From the NCBI GenBank assembly GCA_043804635.1, contig JAZDIU010000079.1, positions 1,125 through 65,124 on the forward strand: a stretch of DNA of 64,000 bases, read 5' to 3'. The translations under genes were made by a program, and so were the position numbers. Below are positions 17,125-25,154 of this stretch, in pieces. Below the pieces are notes generated by a model. That model was not told the DNA's origin, searched no databases, and saw nothing but the letters and a program-made list of their open reading frames with translations. Each line of letters starts with the position of its first letter. Position 1 is the stretch's first letter. The stretch is from Chloroflexota bacterium (lineage in GTDB: Bacteria; Chloroflexota; Dehalococcoidia; Dehalococcoidales; UBA2162).

Positions 17125-17574
17125 TCAACGCCTTTCGTGTGGACGGCTTTTAACAGCCTCGTTAAACCGCTCTATGAAAAAATCGACGTTTTGCGGTGAG
17201 ATAACGTAATTTAATCCCCTGCTACGGACTATTTCTACTATGTTACGCGAAGAAGTAGCAAACCTGACTCCGGAGTAAACATAAGCCTTAAACCCTGAAG
17301 CTCGCTTCACTTCTTTGATAGTCGCCAGCGGAATATCTACCCCGAACGGTGTCCCCAGTACTATTCTCAGCTTGTTCTGGTATATTTGATATTTTCTGGG
17401 CATAATGAAGTAGAATATCAGTCCCACCAGGGCGCCTTCGCCTATCAGGACCAGAAATCCCTCGTATTCATTACTGTAGGCAAGAAACATCGCCGCGATA
17501 AACAGCCCGAACGGGATGAGATAGAGTAACCTTACCCAGGAATCATATTGCGGCAGTTCTTCGTGAATCAGCAT
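17125..17574 (-). CDS. Membrane protein with two TM helices and a C-terminal PH-like (bPH) domain, tentative
   Basis: The track ORF 17125..17742 is trimmed to the internal ATG 17574..17572, which has an AAGGAG SD 5 nt upstream. The longer form would overlap the divergent gene at 17644. Confidence 0.55.
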   Translation of the reverse strand: MLIHEELPQYDSWVRLLYLIPFGLFIAAMFLAYSNEYEGFLVLIGEGALVGLIFYFIMPRKYQIYQNKLRIVLGTPFGVDIPLATIKEVKRASGFKAYVYSGVRFATSSRNIVEIVRSRGLNYVISPQNVDFFIERFNEAVKSRPHERR

Positions 17575-17643
17575 AACGCTCCTTATAATTAACGTATCAA
17601 ATAATAGTTCATCTGGCAAATTGCGATATAATATCGGATTAGC

Positions 17644-18219
17644 ATGAATGTAGAAAAGGCTCTCTACTTTAAAGATAGCCAGGAATGGCGTAAATGGCTG
17701 GAGGAAAACTCCGGCCGCTCTCAGGAAGTATGGCTGGTACATTACAAAAAGAATAGCGGCAAGACTTCTGTCAGTCTCAGCGATGCCGTCGACGAAGCTT
17801 TATGTTTCGGCTGGATTGTTGGTAAATTGAAGAGCATCGACGAAGAAAAGTATATCTTAAGATATTCTCCCCGGAAACCCAATAGCGTTTGGTCTAATAT
17901 CAATAAAGTAAAAGCCGAAAACCTGATTGCTTCCGGCCGGATGACCCCCGCTGGCTTAGCCCGGATTGAAGAGGCAAAGCAAAACAGTTTATGGGACGGC
18001 GCCTATACCAACAAAAAGAGGGACGAAATTCCCGCCGACCTGCTGAGCACACTGGCGAAACACCCCGTCGCTATGAAAAACTTTGAGAATTTCGCCAACA
18101 CTTACCGGAATATGTATATCGGCTGGGTTACCGGTGCTAAAACCGCCGAAACCCGGCAGAAACGGATTATCGAAGTTGTCCGGCGGACATCTTTAAATAA
18201 AAAACCGGGGATAGATTAA
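17644..18219 (+). CDS. YdeI/OmpD-associated family protein (DUF1801-like)
   Basis: 191 aa. FKDSQEWRKWLEENSGRSQEVWLVHYKK... and the C-terminal ...KTAETRQKRIIEVV are typical of this family as I recall it. Confidence 0.7.
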   Translation: MNVEKALYFKDSQEWRKWLEENSGRSQEVWLVHYKKNSGKTSVSLSDAVDEALCFGWIVGKLKSIDEEKYILRYSPRKPNSVWSNINKVKAENLIASGRMTPAGLARIEEAKQNSLWDGAYTNKKRDEIPADLLSTLAKHPVAMKNFENFANTYRNMYIGWVTGAKTAETRQKRIIEVVRRTSLNKKPGID

Positions 18220-18245
18220 GGAACAGCCTCTTTCCGTTATTACCG

Positions 18246-18318
18246 GGAGAGTCTAAGAGAGGGGCTCCGCCCCTCTCTTCTAATATCTAGTTCCCCTCTC
18301 CGCAGACGGAGATGGGAA
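18246..18318. repeat. Composite REP-like element (two hairpins), copy adjacent to promoter repeat A
   Basis: aagagaggggctccgcccctctctt (18255-18279) and ttcccctctccg-caga-cggagatgggaa (18291-18318, one mismatch). Confidence 0.65.
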
Positions 18319-18320
18319 CA

Positions 18321-18393
18321 GGGAGTGAGGTTACCACTATTTTTCAAAAAGCGACAAAACTTCATTGACAATATAGAACATAAGTGCTATTAT
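18321..18393 (+). promoter_or_regulatory. Promoter-bearing repeat, copy A (consensus TTGACA, 17 nt spacer, TGcTATTAT)
   Basis: -35 at 18365-18370 and -10 at 18388-18393. About 87% identical over about 70 nt to the reverse complement of 46086-46156. Confidence 0.6.
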
Positions 18394-18678
18394 CAGGAAG
18401 AGTTAGAGGAATGATTAAAAATATGGCTTTGTCATGGGATATTAGGAAATTGGATGCAACCATTAAATAAATACTCGAAAAGATTAAACGAGTATATTTC
18501 AAGCCCTGAACAAGCCAAAACGAGCCCAAACAAGTATGTTTCAAGCCCTAAACGAGTCAGGCTAAATAAATTTTTCTAGCTTGCCTCGTCCACTCAAAAA
18601 AGGACTTGCAAAAACGAAACGAATATAGTCGGTCTTATTGAAGCTTATTGAATATTTGTAGTATTGGTAGTATTTCCC

Positions 18679-19569
18679 CTACCTCGGCAAATCTATCTTA
18701 TAGTTCTTGAGCGTGTCTTTAATCATGGCGGCGGTCTTCTCATCAGGTTCGTAGAGGGGCGGGCGCGGTTTGCCCACATAGAAGCCCACTTGGTTCAAAG
18801 CATACTTGACCGGTATGGGATTGGAGACCACGAAGAGAGCATTAACCAAAGGCAAAAGGTGGCGGTGAATTTTAGCTGCTTCATCCACCTTACCGCTGAC
18901 GAAGCTGTATATCATCTCGCTGATTTGCCGTCCGACCAGGTGAGAGGCGACGCTGATTACCCCGTATCCGCCGATAGCTAACATTGGCAGGGTATCGCTA
19001 TCATTACCGCTCCAGACGAGGAATCCCTTTCTGGAATTGCTGATTATCTTTGAAATCTGCTCTAGATTGCCGCTCGCTTCCTTGATGCCGACGATATTCT
19101 TTATCTGGCTGAGCTTGATAACAGTCTCAGCCGCGAGGTTAGTCACCGTGCGCGAAGGCACATTATAAAGGATGCAGGGCAGGCTGGTGCTTTCGGCAAT
19201 CGCCTTGAAATGCTGGTATAAGCCATCCTGAGTCGGCTTATTATAATAAGGCACCACCAGTAAACAGCCATCGACACCGATTTTTTCAGCTTCCTTGGTA
19301 GCTTCTATAGCTTCGGCAGTGCTGTTGCTGCCGGTGCCGGCAATCACCGAGCCGCGGTCGCCTACAGCCGCTTTTATCTCTTTAAATAACCTTAATTCCT
19401 CAGTCCTGATAAGGGTAGGCGATTCGCCGGTTGTCCCCACTACCACCACACCCTCGCTCCCCGAATTTATCAGTGCCAGTGCCAGCTTCTTAGCTTGATC
19501 ATAGTCGACTGCCCCTTTTTCATTAAAGGGCGTAACCATCGCTGTAATCAGTCTGCCCAGTTTTTTCAT
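18679..19569 (-). CDS. dapA: 4-hydroxy-tetrahydrodipicolinate synthase
   Basis: 296 aa. GTTGESPTL motif and an active-site Lys context (IVGIKEASG). Confidence 0.92.
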   Translation of the reverse strand: MKKLGRLITAMVTPFNEKGAVDYDQAKKLALALINSGSEGVVVVGTTGESPTLIRTEELRLFKEIKAAVGDRGSVIAGTGSNSTAEAIEATKEAEKIGVDGCLLVVPYYNKPTQDGLYQHFKAIAESTSLPCILYNVPSRTVTNLAAETVIKLSQIKNIVGIKEASGNLEQISKIISNSRKGFLVWSGNDSDTLPMLAIGGYGVISVASHLVGRQISEMIYSFVSGKVDEAAKIHRHLLPLVNALFVVSNPIPVKYALNQVGFYVGKPRPPLYEPDEKTAAMIKDTLKNYKIDLPR

Positions 19570-20597
19570 CTCTCTCCTCCCTGGCGTATCATACCTCGTT
19601 TAATTATCTCTTCGGCAATCTGGACGGCATTTAAAGCCGCTCCCTTTCGCATATTATCGGCAACGACCCACATTGCCAGACCGTTGGGATGGGAAACATC
19701 CTGGCGTATCCGCCCCACAAAGACCTCGTCTGTCCCGGCCGCCGACCACGGTTGAGGATAAAGACTGATGGTGGGGTCGTCCAGAACTTTAATTCCCGGA
19801 GCTTGGACCAAGATACGCCGGGCTTCATCCGGGAACATCGGTTTGGAGAATTCTATGTGAATTGCCTGCCCGTGCCCGATAAATACCGGCACCCGGACGC
19901 AGGTCGCCGAAATAGCCATCGCATCGGCGTGCATTATCTTTTTGGTCTCTTCCACCATCCGCCACTCTTCCCGGGTATAGCCGTTATCTAGAAAGACATC
20001 TATCTCCGGCAACACATTAAAAGCTATCTGATGGGGATAGACGTGGGGGATGGTATTTTGTCCGTCCATAACCTGCTTCAATTGTGTGGTCAATTCTTCC
20101 AACGCTGCATTGCCGGTAGCTGAGATGGATTGATACGTTGCCACCGTCAGGCGTTTGATGGGATTGACCCTATGCAAAGGCTGAAGAGCGACCGTCAACT
20201 GGATAACCGAGCCATTAGGGTTGGTGATAATTCCAGTGTGTCCCTTAATATCTTCAGCATTGACTTCCGGGACTACCATCGGCACATTCGGCATCAGACT
20301 AAAGGCGATAGTATTGTCGATTACTATCGCACCAGATTGGACTGTGAGCGGCGCCAGGTAGCGACTCACTTCAGTTCCGGCCAAGAAGAAAGCGATATCG
20401 ATTCCTTTGAAGGACACCGGGGAGACTTCTTTTACCTCGATTTCCCGGTGCGAGACAAACATCTTCCTTCCCGATAAACGGTCCGATGCATAAAGACTCG
20501 CCGACTCTAATGGGAAATTGCGCTGTTCTAGAATTTTGATTAGCTCACGCCCGACGAGCCCGGTGGCACCGATAATCGCCACACGATACCCTCTCAT
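19566..20597 (-). CDS. asd: Aspartate-semialdehyde dehydrogenase
   Basis: 343 aa. N-terminal GATGLVGRE Rossmann motif and a C-terminal DNMRKGAALNAVQIAE motif. ATGA overlap with dapA. Confidence 0.92.
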   Translation of the reverse strand: MRGYRVAIIGATGLVGRELIKILEQRNFPLESASLYASDRLSGRKMFVSHREIEVKEVSPVSFKGIDIAFFLAGTEVSRYLAPLTVQSGAIVIDNTIAFSLMPNVPMVVPEVNAEDIKGHTGIITNPNGSVIQLTVALQPLHRVNPIKRLTVATYQSISATGNAALEELTTQLKQVMDGQNTIPHVYPHQIAFNVLPEIDVFLDNGYTREEWRMVEETKKIMHADAMAISATCVRVPVFIGHGQAIHIEFSKPMFPDEARRILVQAPGIKVLDDPTISLYPQPWSAAGTDEVFVGRIRQDVSHPNGLAMWVVADNMRKGAALNAVQIAEEIIKRGMIRQGGER

Positions 20598-21404
20598 TTA
20601 CACCTCCGATAGACCGAGTAATTTGTCCAGTCCGAAGATAAATGTCGGGTTTTTAACCACTTCCTTGATAGCTATTATAACGCCGGGCATAAAACACTCC
20701 CGGCTGATGGTATCGTGCCTGATACTGAGTGTCTGCCCCAGTGCGCCAAAAATTATCTCCTGGTGAGCGAGCAGACCGGGTAACCGCACGCTATGAACAT
20801 TAATCCCTTCGACCTGCTCCCCGCGGCTGGCAAATTGTCCCTGCTCCTTAGGTCGCAAGAAGGGTTTACCGCGAGCTTTAGCCATCGCCTTTGCAGTGGC
20901 TAAAGCTGTCCCCGAAGGTGCGTCCAGTTTAAGATGATGATGCAGTTCGATAATTTCGGCATAGTCGAGATATTTGGCAGCAATCTTTGCCAGGTGGGTC
21001 ATTATTACCGCCCCTAGAGCAAAATTAGGAGCAATGACTATACCGACCTTGTTCGTTTTTGCCAGTTGCTCAAGTTCTTTAAGCTCATCGGCGGATAACC
21101 CGGTAGTACCGATTACCATATTGACGCCCTGTTTAGCTGCCAGGCGGGCGGCGGGTATGGTAACGCGGGCGGTAGTAAAATCTACCAGGACATCCGGCTT
21201 GGAAGCACTAATGATGTGGTTTAAATCGGAAGAAAATGGGATACTGCCTGAGCCATCGGGTAAAGGCAGGGAATCTTGCGTGACCTTAACTTCTACGGCG
21301 CCCACCGGTTTCATTCCGGGTTCCCGGCAGAGGGTGTTGACAACCTCACGCCCCACTCTACCCAGAGCGCCGTTAACAACTACTTTTACCGGTTTATCCG
21401 CCAT
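20598..21404 (-). CDS. dapB: 4-hydroxy-tetrahydrodipicolinate reductase
   Basis: 268 aa. GALGRVGREV NAD(P)-binding motif and an EIIELHHHLKLDAPSGTA signature. Its stop directly abuts the asd ATG. Confidence 0.92.
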   Translation of the reverse strand: MADKPVKVVVNGALGRVGREVVNTLCREPGMKPVGAVEVKVTQDSLPLPDGSGSIPFSSDLNHIISASKPDVLVDFTTARVTIPAARLAAKQGVNMVIGTTGLSADELKELEQLAKTNKVGIVIAPNFALGAVIMTHLAKIAAKYLDYAEIIELHHHLKLDAPSGTALATAKAMAKARGKPFLRPKEQGQFASRGEQVEGINVHSVRLPGLLAHQEIIFGALGQTLSIRHDTISRECFMPGVIIAIKEVVKNPTFIFGLDKLLGLSEV

Positions 21405-21499
21405 ATTTACCCCCCTGATTCGCCTTAATAATTTCGGTTTACGGTGCTCTTTAATTCCCTTCGATGGGGGTAAATAATACCATAGGGCGTCGCCCTATT

Positions 21500-23674
21500 T
21501 CAATACTCTCGTCTGGGCCGCAGGGGGCGGGGTGATGCCGGGCGGGGACGGGGATTTCTCCGGTCCGGAGGTCGACTCGCAGGAGCCTGGCCGGGTTTTT
21601 CGAAAACAGCTTTTCGTGATAGTGCTATTTTGCCATCTTCGTTGCGAATGACGATAGCGGTAACTTCGTCGCCTATTTTAACTTCGTCTTCGATGTTTTC
21701 TACCCGGTGGTCGGCAAGTTCGCTGATATGAATCATACCCTCTTTACCGGGGAGAATTTCCACAAAAGCGCCGAACGGCATCAGGCGGGTTACCTTACCT
21801 GTATAGATGGTACCGATTTCTATTTCTGCGGTCAGTCTTTTGATGATATCCATCGCTTTACGGGCAGCTTCTTCATTGGAGGAGCCGACAGTTACCGTCC
21901 CATCGTCTTTAATATCGATGGTGACTTTAGTTTCATCGGTAATCGAGCGGATGGTCTTGCCTCCGGGACCGATGACCGTTCCGATTTTACTCGGATTAAT
22001 ATTCAGTTTATACATCTGAGGAGCATAACGGCTGAGTTCAGGGCGGCTCGAACTAATCGCCTGATTCATCTTTTCCAGAATGAGCATTCGAGCTTCCTTA
22101 GCTTGTGCCAGAGCTTTATCGACTATCTCCAGGCTGATTCCCTTGAGCTTGGTATCCATCTGGACGGCGGTTATACCTTCCGTGGTGCCGGCAACCTTGT
22201 AGTCCATATCTCCATAGTTGTCTTCGATACCCTCGATATCGGTCAAGACCGCATAGTTTTCTTTGTCATCGGTAACTAAACCGAGAGCTATCCCAGCAAC
22301 TGCTTTCTTTACGGGTATTCCGGCATCCATCAAAGACAGACTACTGGCACAAACGCTCGCCATAGACGTACTGCCGCTGGAGCTGAGCACTTCGGAAACG
22401 AGGCGTATGGTGTAAGGAAAATCGCTCTCTTTGGGAATAATCGGTTCGAGTGCTCTTTCGGCAAGGGCGCCGTGCCCGATTTCTCGGCGGCCTACTGTGC
22501 CCATCCGCTTTACTTCACCGGTAGAGAACGGAGGGAAGTTATAGTGGTGCATAAAGCGCTTGGTCTCTTCGATGCCCAATCCATCGAGTTGCTGTTGCAT
22601 ACTGGGCGAGCCGAGTGTAGTGATGGTCAACACCTGTGTCTGGCCACGGGTAAACAGGGCGGAACCGTGGGTACGCGGCAAAAGTCCGACTTCAGCCGAT
22701 ATGGGTCTAATCTCCGCAATGCCACGCCCACTGATGCGCCTTCCCTTATTAAGGATGCTACCCCTTATTTGCTCTCTTATCTTGTTATCGAATACCTTGC
22801 GTATATCCTTTTCTTCGAACGAGGCCGACAGATTAGCCAGAAGCTCTTTCTCGAGTTCAGACAGTGCCTGGTCGCGCTTGGCTTTTTCGGAATGGAACAG
22901 GGCTTGGTCCAGCTTACCATTGACGATAGCCGATACGGCTGAAATTAATTCAGAGTTAATTTCAGTGACAGATATTTCTGTTTTAGGACGACCGCAAGCC
23001 TGCTGGAGCTGCTCCTGAAGTTTGATAATGTTCTGATTAGCCTCGTGGGCGAACTTAATAGCCTGGCTGATATGATCCTCCGAAGCTTCTTTAGCTCCGG
23101 CTTCTATCATTACTATCTTGTTTTTAGTGCTGGCAACAACCAAGTCAAACAGACTATCCTTAATTTGAGCTAATGTTGGGTTCAACACGAACTGACCGTT
23201 AATATGCCCCACGCGGACAGCACTTACCGGACCGGCAAACGGCAACTCCGAAATGGATAAGACAACCGAGCCACCGATAACGGCGAGAATATCCGGGTCG
23301 TTTTCCAGGTCGGCGGAAAGGACGGTAATGACAAGTTGAATGTTACGCCGCCAGCCTTTGGAGATAAGAGGTCGTAGAGTACGGTCGGTAAGACGGCTGG
23401 CAAGAGTGGCTTCCTGACTCGGTCTTCCTTCCCTTCTAATAAAGCCGCCGGGGATTTTACCGGCAGCGTATAACCTTTCCTCGTAGTCGACCGTCAGCGG
23501 AACCATTTCTTCGCCGTCTTCTCTGGGTTCTGGGCTTAGACAGACGGTCACCAGAACTACGGCGTCTCCATAGCGGACGGTTACAGAGCCGCTAGCTTGT
23601 TCGGCTAGCTTGCCTGTTTCAATAACGAGTTTTCTACCACCAATCTCACACTCGAAAGCCTGACATTTTGGCAA
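21500..23674 (-). CDS. pnp: Polyribonucleotide nucleotidyltransferase (PNPase) with an Arg/Pro-rich C-terminal tail
   Basis: 724 aa. Two RNase PH domains, KH and S1 domains, downstream of rpsO as usual. The tail reads ...ASRPPDRRNPRPRPASPRPLRPRREY. Confidence 0.95.
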   Translation of the reverse strand: MPKCQAFECEIGGRKLVIETGKLAEQASGSVTVRYGDAVVLVTVCLSPEPREDGEEMVPLTVDYEERLYAAGKIPGGFIRREGRPSQEATLASRLTDRTLRPLISKGWRRNIQLVITVLSADLENDPDILAVIGGSVVLSISELPFAGPVSAVRVGHINGQFVLNPTLAQIKDSLFDLVVASTKNKIVMIEAGAKEASEDHISQAIKFAHEANQNIIKLQEQLQQACGRPKTEISVTEINSELISAVSAIVNGKLDQALFHSEKAKRDQALSELEKELLANLSASFEEKDIRKVFDNKIREQIRGSILNKGRRISGRGIAEIRPISAEVGLLPRTHGSALFTRGQTQVLTITTLGSPSMQQQLDGLGIEETKRFMHHYNFPPFSTGEVKRMGTVGRREIGHGALAERALEPIIPKESDFPYTIRLVSEVLSSSGSTSMASVCASSLSLMDAGIPVKKAVAGIALGLVTDDKENYAVLTDIEGIEDNYGDMDYKVAGTTEGITAVQMDTKLKGISLEIVDKALAQAKEARMLILEKMNQAISSSRPELSRYAPQMYKLNINPSKIGTVIGPGGKTIRSITDETKVTIDIKDDGTVTVGSSNEEAARKAMDIIKRLTAEIEIGTIYTGKVTRLMPFGAFVEILPGKEGMIHISELADHRVENIEDEVKIGDEVTAIVIRNEDGKIALSRKAVFEKPGQAPASRPPDRRNPRPRPASPRPLRPRREY

Positions 23675-23699
23675 AGGGCTACCTCCCGTTGTTTAGGGT

Positions 23700-23963
23700 T
23701 TATTTGCGTAATCCGAGCCGGCCGATTAAACTGTGATAACGTTCGGGGTCTTCCCGGCTGAGATAAGACAGCAATCTGCCTCTTTGCCCAACGAGCTTGA
23801 GTAGACTGCGCTGCGAATGAAAGTCGTGCCGGTTAGCCGCCATATGTGTGGTCAATTCGTTGATTCTATCGGTGAGCAGGGCTACCTGCACCTCAGTCGA
23901 GCCGGTGTCTCCCTTGCGGGCGGCGAATTTTTCTATTGTCTCTGTTTTTTTAGCTTTGTCCAA
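23700..23963 (-). CDS. rpsO: 30S ribosomal protein S15
   Basis: 87 aa, TTG start with a GAGGAG SD. Contains ...GDTGSTEVQVALLT.RI..LT.H...HDFHS.R.LL.LV..R..LL.YL. Confidence 0.95.
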   Translation of the reverse strand: MDKAKKTETIEKFAARKGDTGSTEVQVALLTDRINELTTHMAANRHDFHSQRSLLKLVGQRGRLLSYLSREDPERYHSLIGRLGLRK

Positions 23964-23998
23964 ATTACACTCCTCGTTCAGTATAACCTAAGTAGGGA

Positions 23999-24007
23999 AA
24001 TTATAGC
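23999..24007 (-). promoter_or_regulatory. Extended -10 element (TGcTATAAT) for rpsO-pnp
   Basis: Minus strand tgctataat, about 35 nt upstream of the rpsO TTG start. Confidence 0.45.
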
Positions 24008-24072
24008 AAACTCTTAATGGCGCTGTAAATGTAGGTTCAGTCATATTTGGTTTTGTGTTATACTGAAACAAG

Positions 24073-24145
24073 GCCAGCGTAGCTCAGTTGGTAGAGCAGC
24101 GCTTTCGTAAAGCGCGGGTCGGGGGTTCGAGTCCTCTCGCTGGCT
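24073..24145 (+). tRNA. tRNA-Thr (anticodon CGU)
   Basis: Cloverleaf built by hand: acceptor GCCAGCG/CGCTGGC, D arm AGCTCAGTTGGTAGAGC, anticodon stem GCGCT/AGCGC with loop TTCGTAA, T loop TTCGAGT. CCA is not encoded. Confidence 0.85.
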
Positions 24146-24170
24146 CTCTTACTTTTTAAAAGTCCTAAAA

Positions 24171-24199
24171 AGAAAGCGATGGTTTTACCATCGCTTTCT
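24171..24199. terminator. Bidirectional terminator hairpin between the tRNA and the convergent lipoprotein gene
   Basis: agaaagcgatggt-ttt-accatcgctttct (13-bp stem), flanked by A/T runs. Confidence 0.6.
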
Positions 24200-24222
24200 T
24201 ACTTTCGCGTCCAGCCGATTTG

Positions 24223-25056
24223 CTATTTCTTGTAGTAGACATCGATAGAGAGGGCTTCGTCCGCTTGACCCTCTACAGTGACGACTGTGCAGATTATATT
24301 ACTATTGGTATCGAATAGGGAGTCTAGCTGGTTAATGGGACAGGCTTTACCTTCGAGCGTGATTTCCGTGTCCGGAGTAATCTCGAAAGTCTTCGTATCA
24401 CCACCCACCGATGTAATAGTTACGCTCCCTGGAGTGACAGCAGTTATTTTTCCACGCTCCACCGTGCCTGGACCCGGTTCACCGGAATAACCTTTGGGAG
24501 GAGTGAACTCAATCGACACAGCCACGTTTGGATCAGTTTCACTGACGACCACGGTGCAAGTTGCGTCCCCTGCAGCGGCCAGAGCTTCGGCTTCGGCGAG
24601 GGTACATACCCTGCCACCTATTGTTAATTCTGTTTGTGGGGTAACGGTATAAGTTTCGTCAACGCCACTAGCGGTAGTAATAGTTATGCTTTTGGGTCCG
24701 ATTGATTCGACTGTGCCCGTTTCAGTTGGCGGGCTTTCAGCAACATCAATGATGGTAGCCTGACTGCCCTCAGAGATGATAACGCATTCTAGCTGAACGT
24801 CCGGGTCGACAGCAGCCGCCAATTCTTCTAAAGTGCACGCTCTACCCTCAAGCAGGATTTGTGTCTGTGGAGTAACCTTTATGGTCTGGGTCTTACCACT
24901 CTCGGTGGTGATGGTTATTGTATCTTTGGCAGTATCGACGGATTCGACCCAGCCGCGATCTGAGGTCGCTGGCGTGGTTGGCGCTGAAGTGCAGCTTGAT
25001 GTCAGCATTACCACCCCTAACAAGAACGCCATTACCAGATAAGCTAAGTTCTTCAC
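24223..25056 (-). CDS. Lipoprotein made of three tandem repeats of about 75-90 aa, function unknown
   Basis: GTG start after AAGGAGGG; lipobox LTSSC. The repeats contain [ST][IV]TIT[TS].[SG]G...[TF]..[VI]TP[QD]T.[IL]...G..C and a second Cys about 18-25 residues later. Confidence 0.7.
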   Translation of the reverse strand: MKNLAYLVMAFLLGVVMLTSSCTSAPTTPATSDRGWVESVDTAKDTITITTESGKTQTIKVTPQTQILLEGRACTLEELAAAVDPDVQLECVIISEGSQATIIDVAESPPTETGTVESIGPKSITITTASGVDETYTVTPQTELTIGGRVCTLAEAEALAAAGDATCTVVVSETDPNVAVSIEFTPPKGYSGEPGPGTVERGKITAVTPGSVTITSVGGDTKTFEITPDTEITLEGKACPINQLDSLFDTNSNIICTVVTVEGQADEALSIDVYYKK

Positions 25057-25154
25057 GTTTCCCTCCTTAATTTATTAGTGATTATCCTACAAGTTATTAA
25101 GTATAGAAGTCATAAAATAATTAAGGAAAAAATAACAAATTTATTACATTTGGA

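Noticed and set aside
17575-17742. N-terminal 56 codons of track ORF 17125..17742
   Set aside because: This extension overlaps the divergent YdeI-family gene, and an internal ATG with an AAGGAG SD exists at 17574. Similar 5' trims were applied at 26974..27015, 36070..36096, 43049..43090, 43900..43983 and 52838..52894.
18362-18544. 60-aa minus-strand ORF in the AT-rich spacer
   Set aside because: It has no SD, reads through the promoter repeat and the direct repeats, and has a hydrophobic low-complexity composition. It is more likely non-coding.
18486-18557. Two 31-nt direct repeats as a mini-CRISPR array
   Set aside because: There are only two imperfect copies (5 mismatches) with an 11-nt spacer, no cas genes, and repeats that are not palindromic.
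21405-21499. Lysine (L-box) riboswitch upstream of dapB-asd-dapA
   Set aside because: Only about 95 nt are available, which is far shorter than an L-box. None of the conserved L-box helices or motifs could be found. It is kept only as a simple anti-SD helix.
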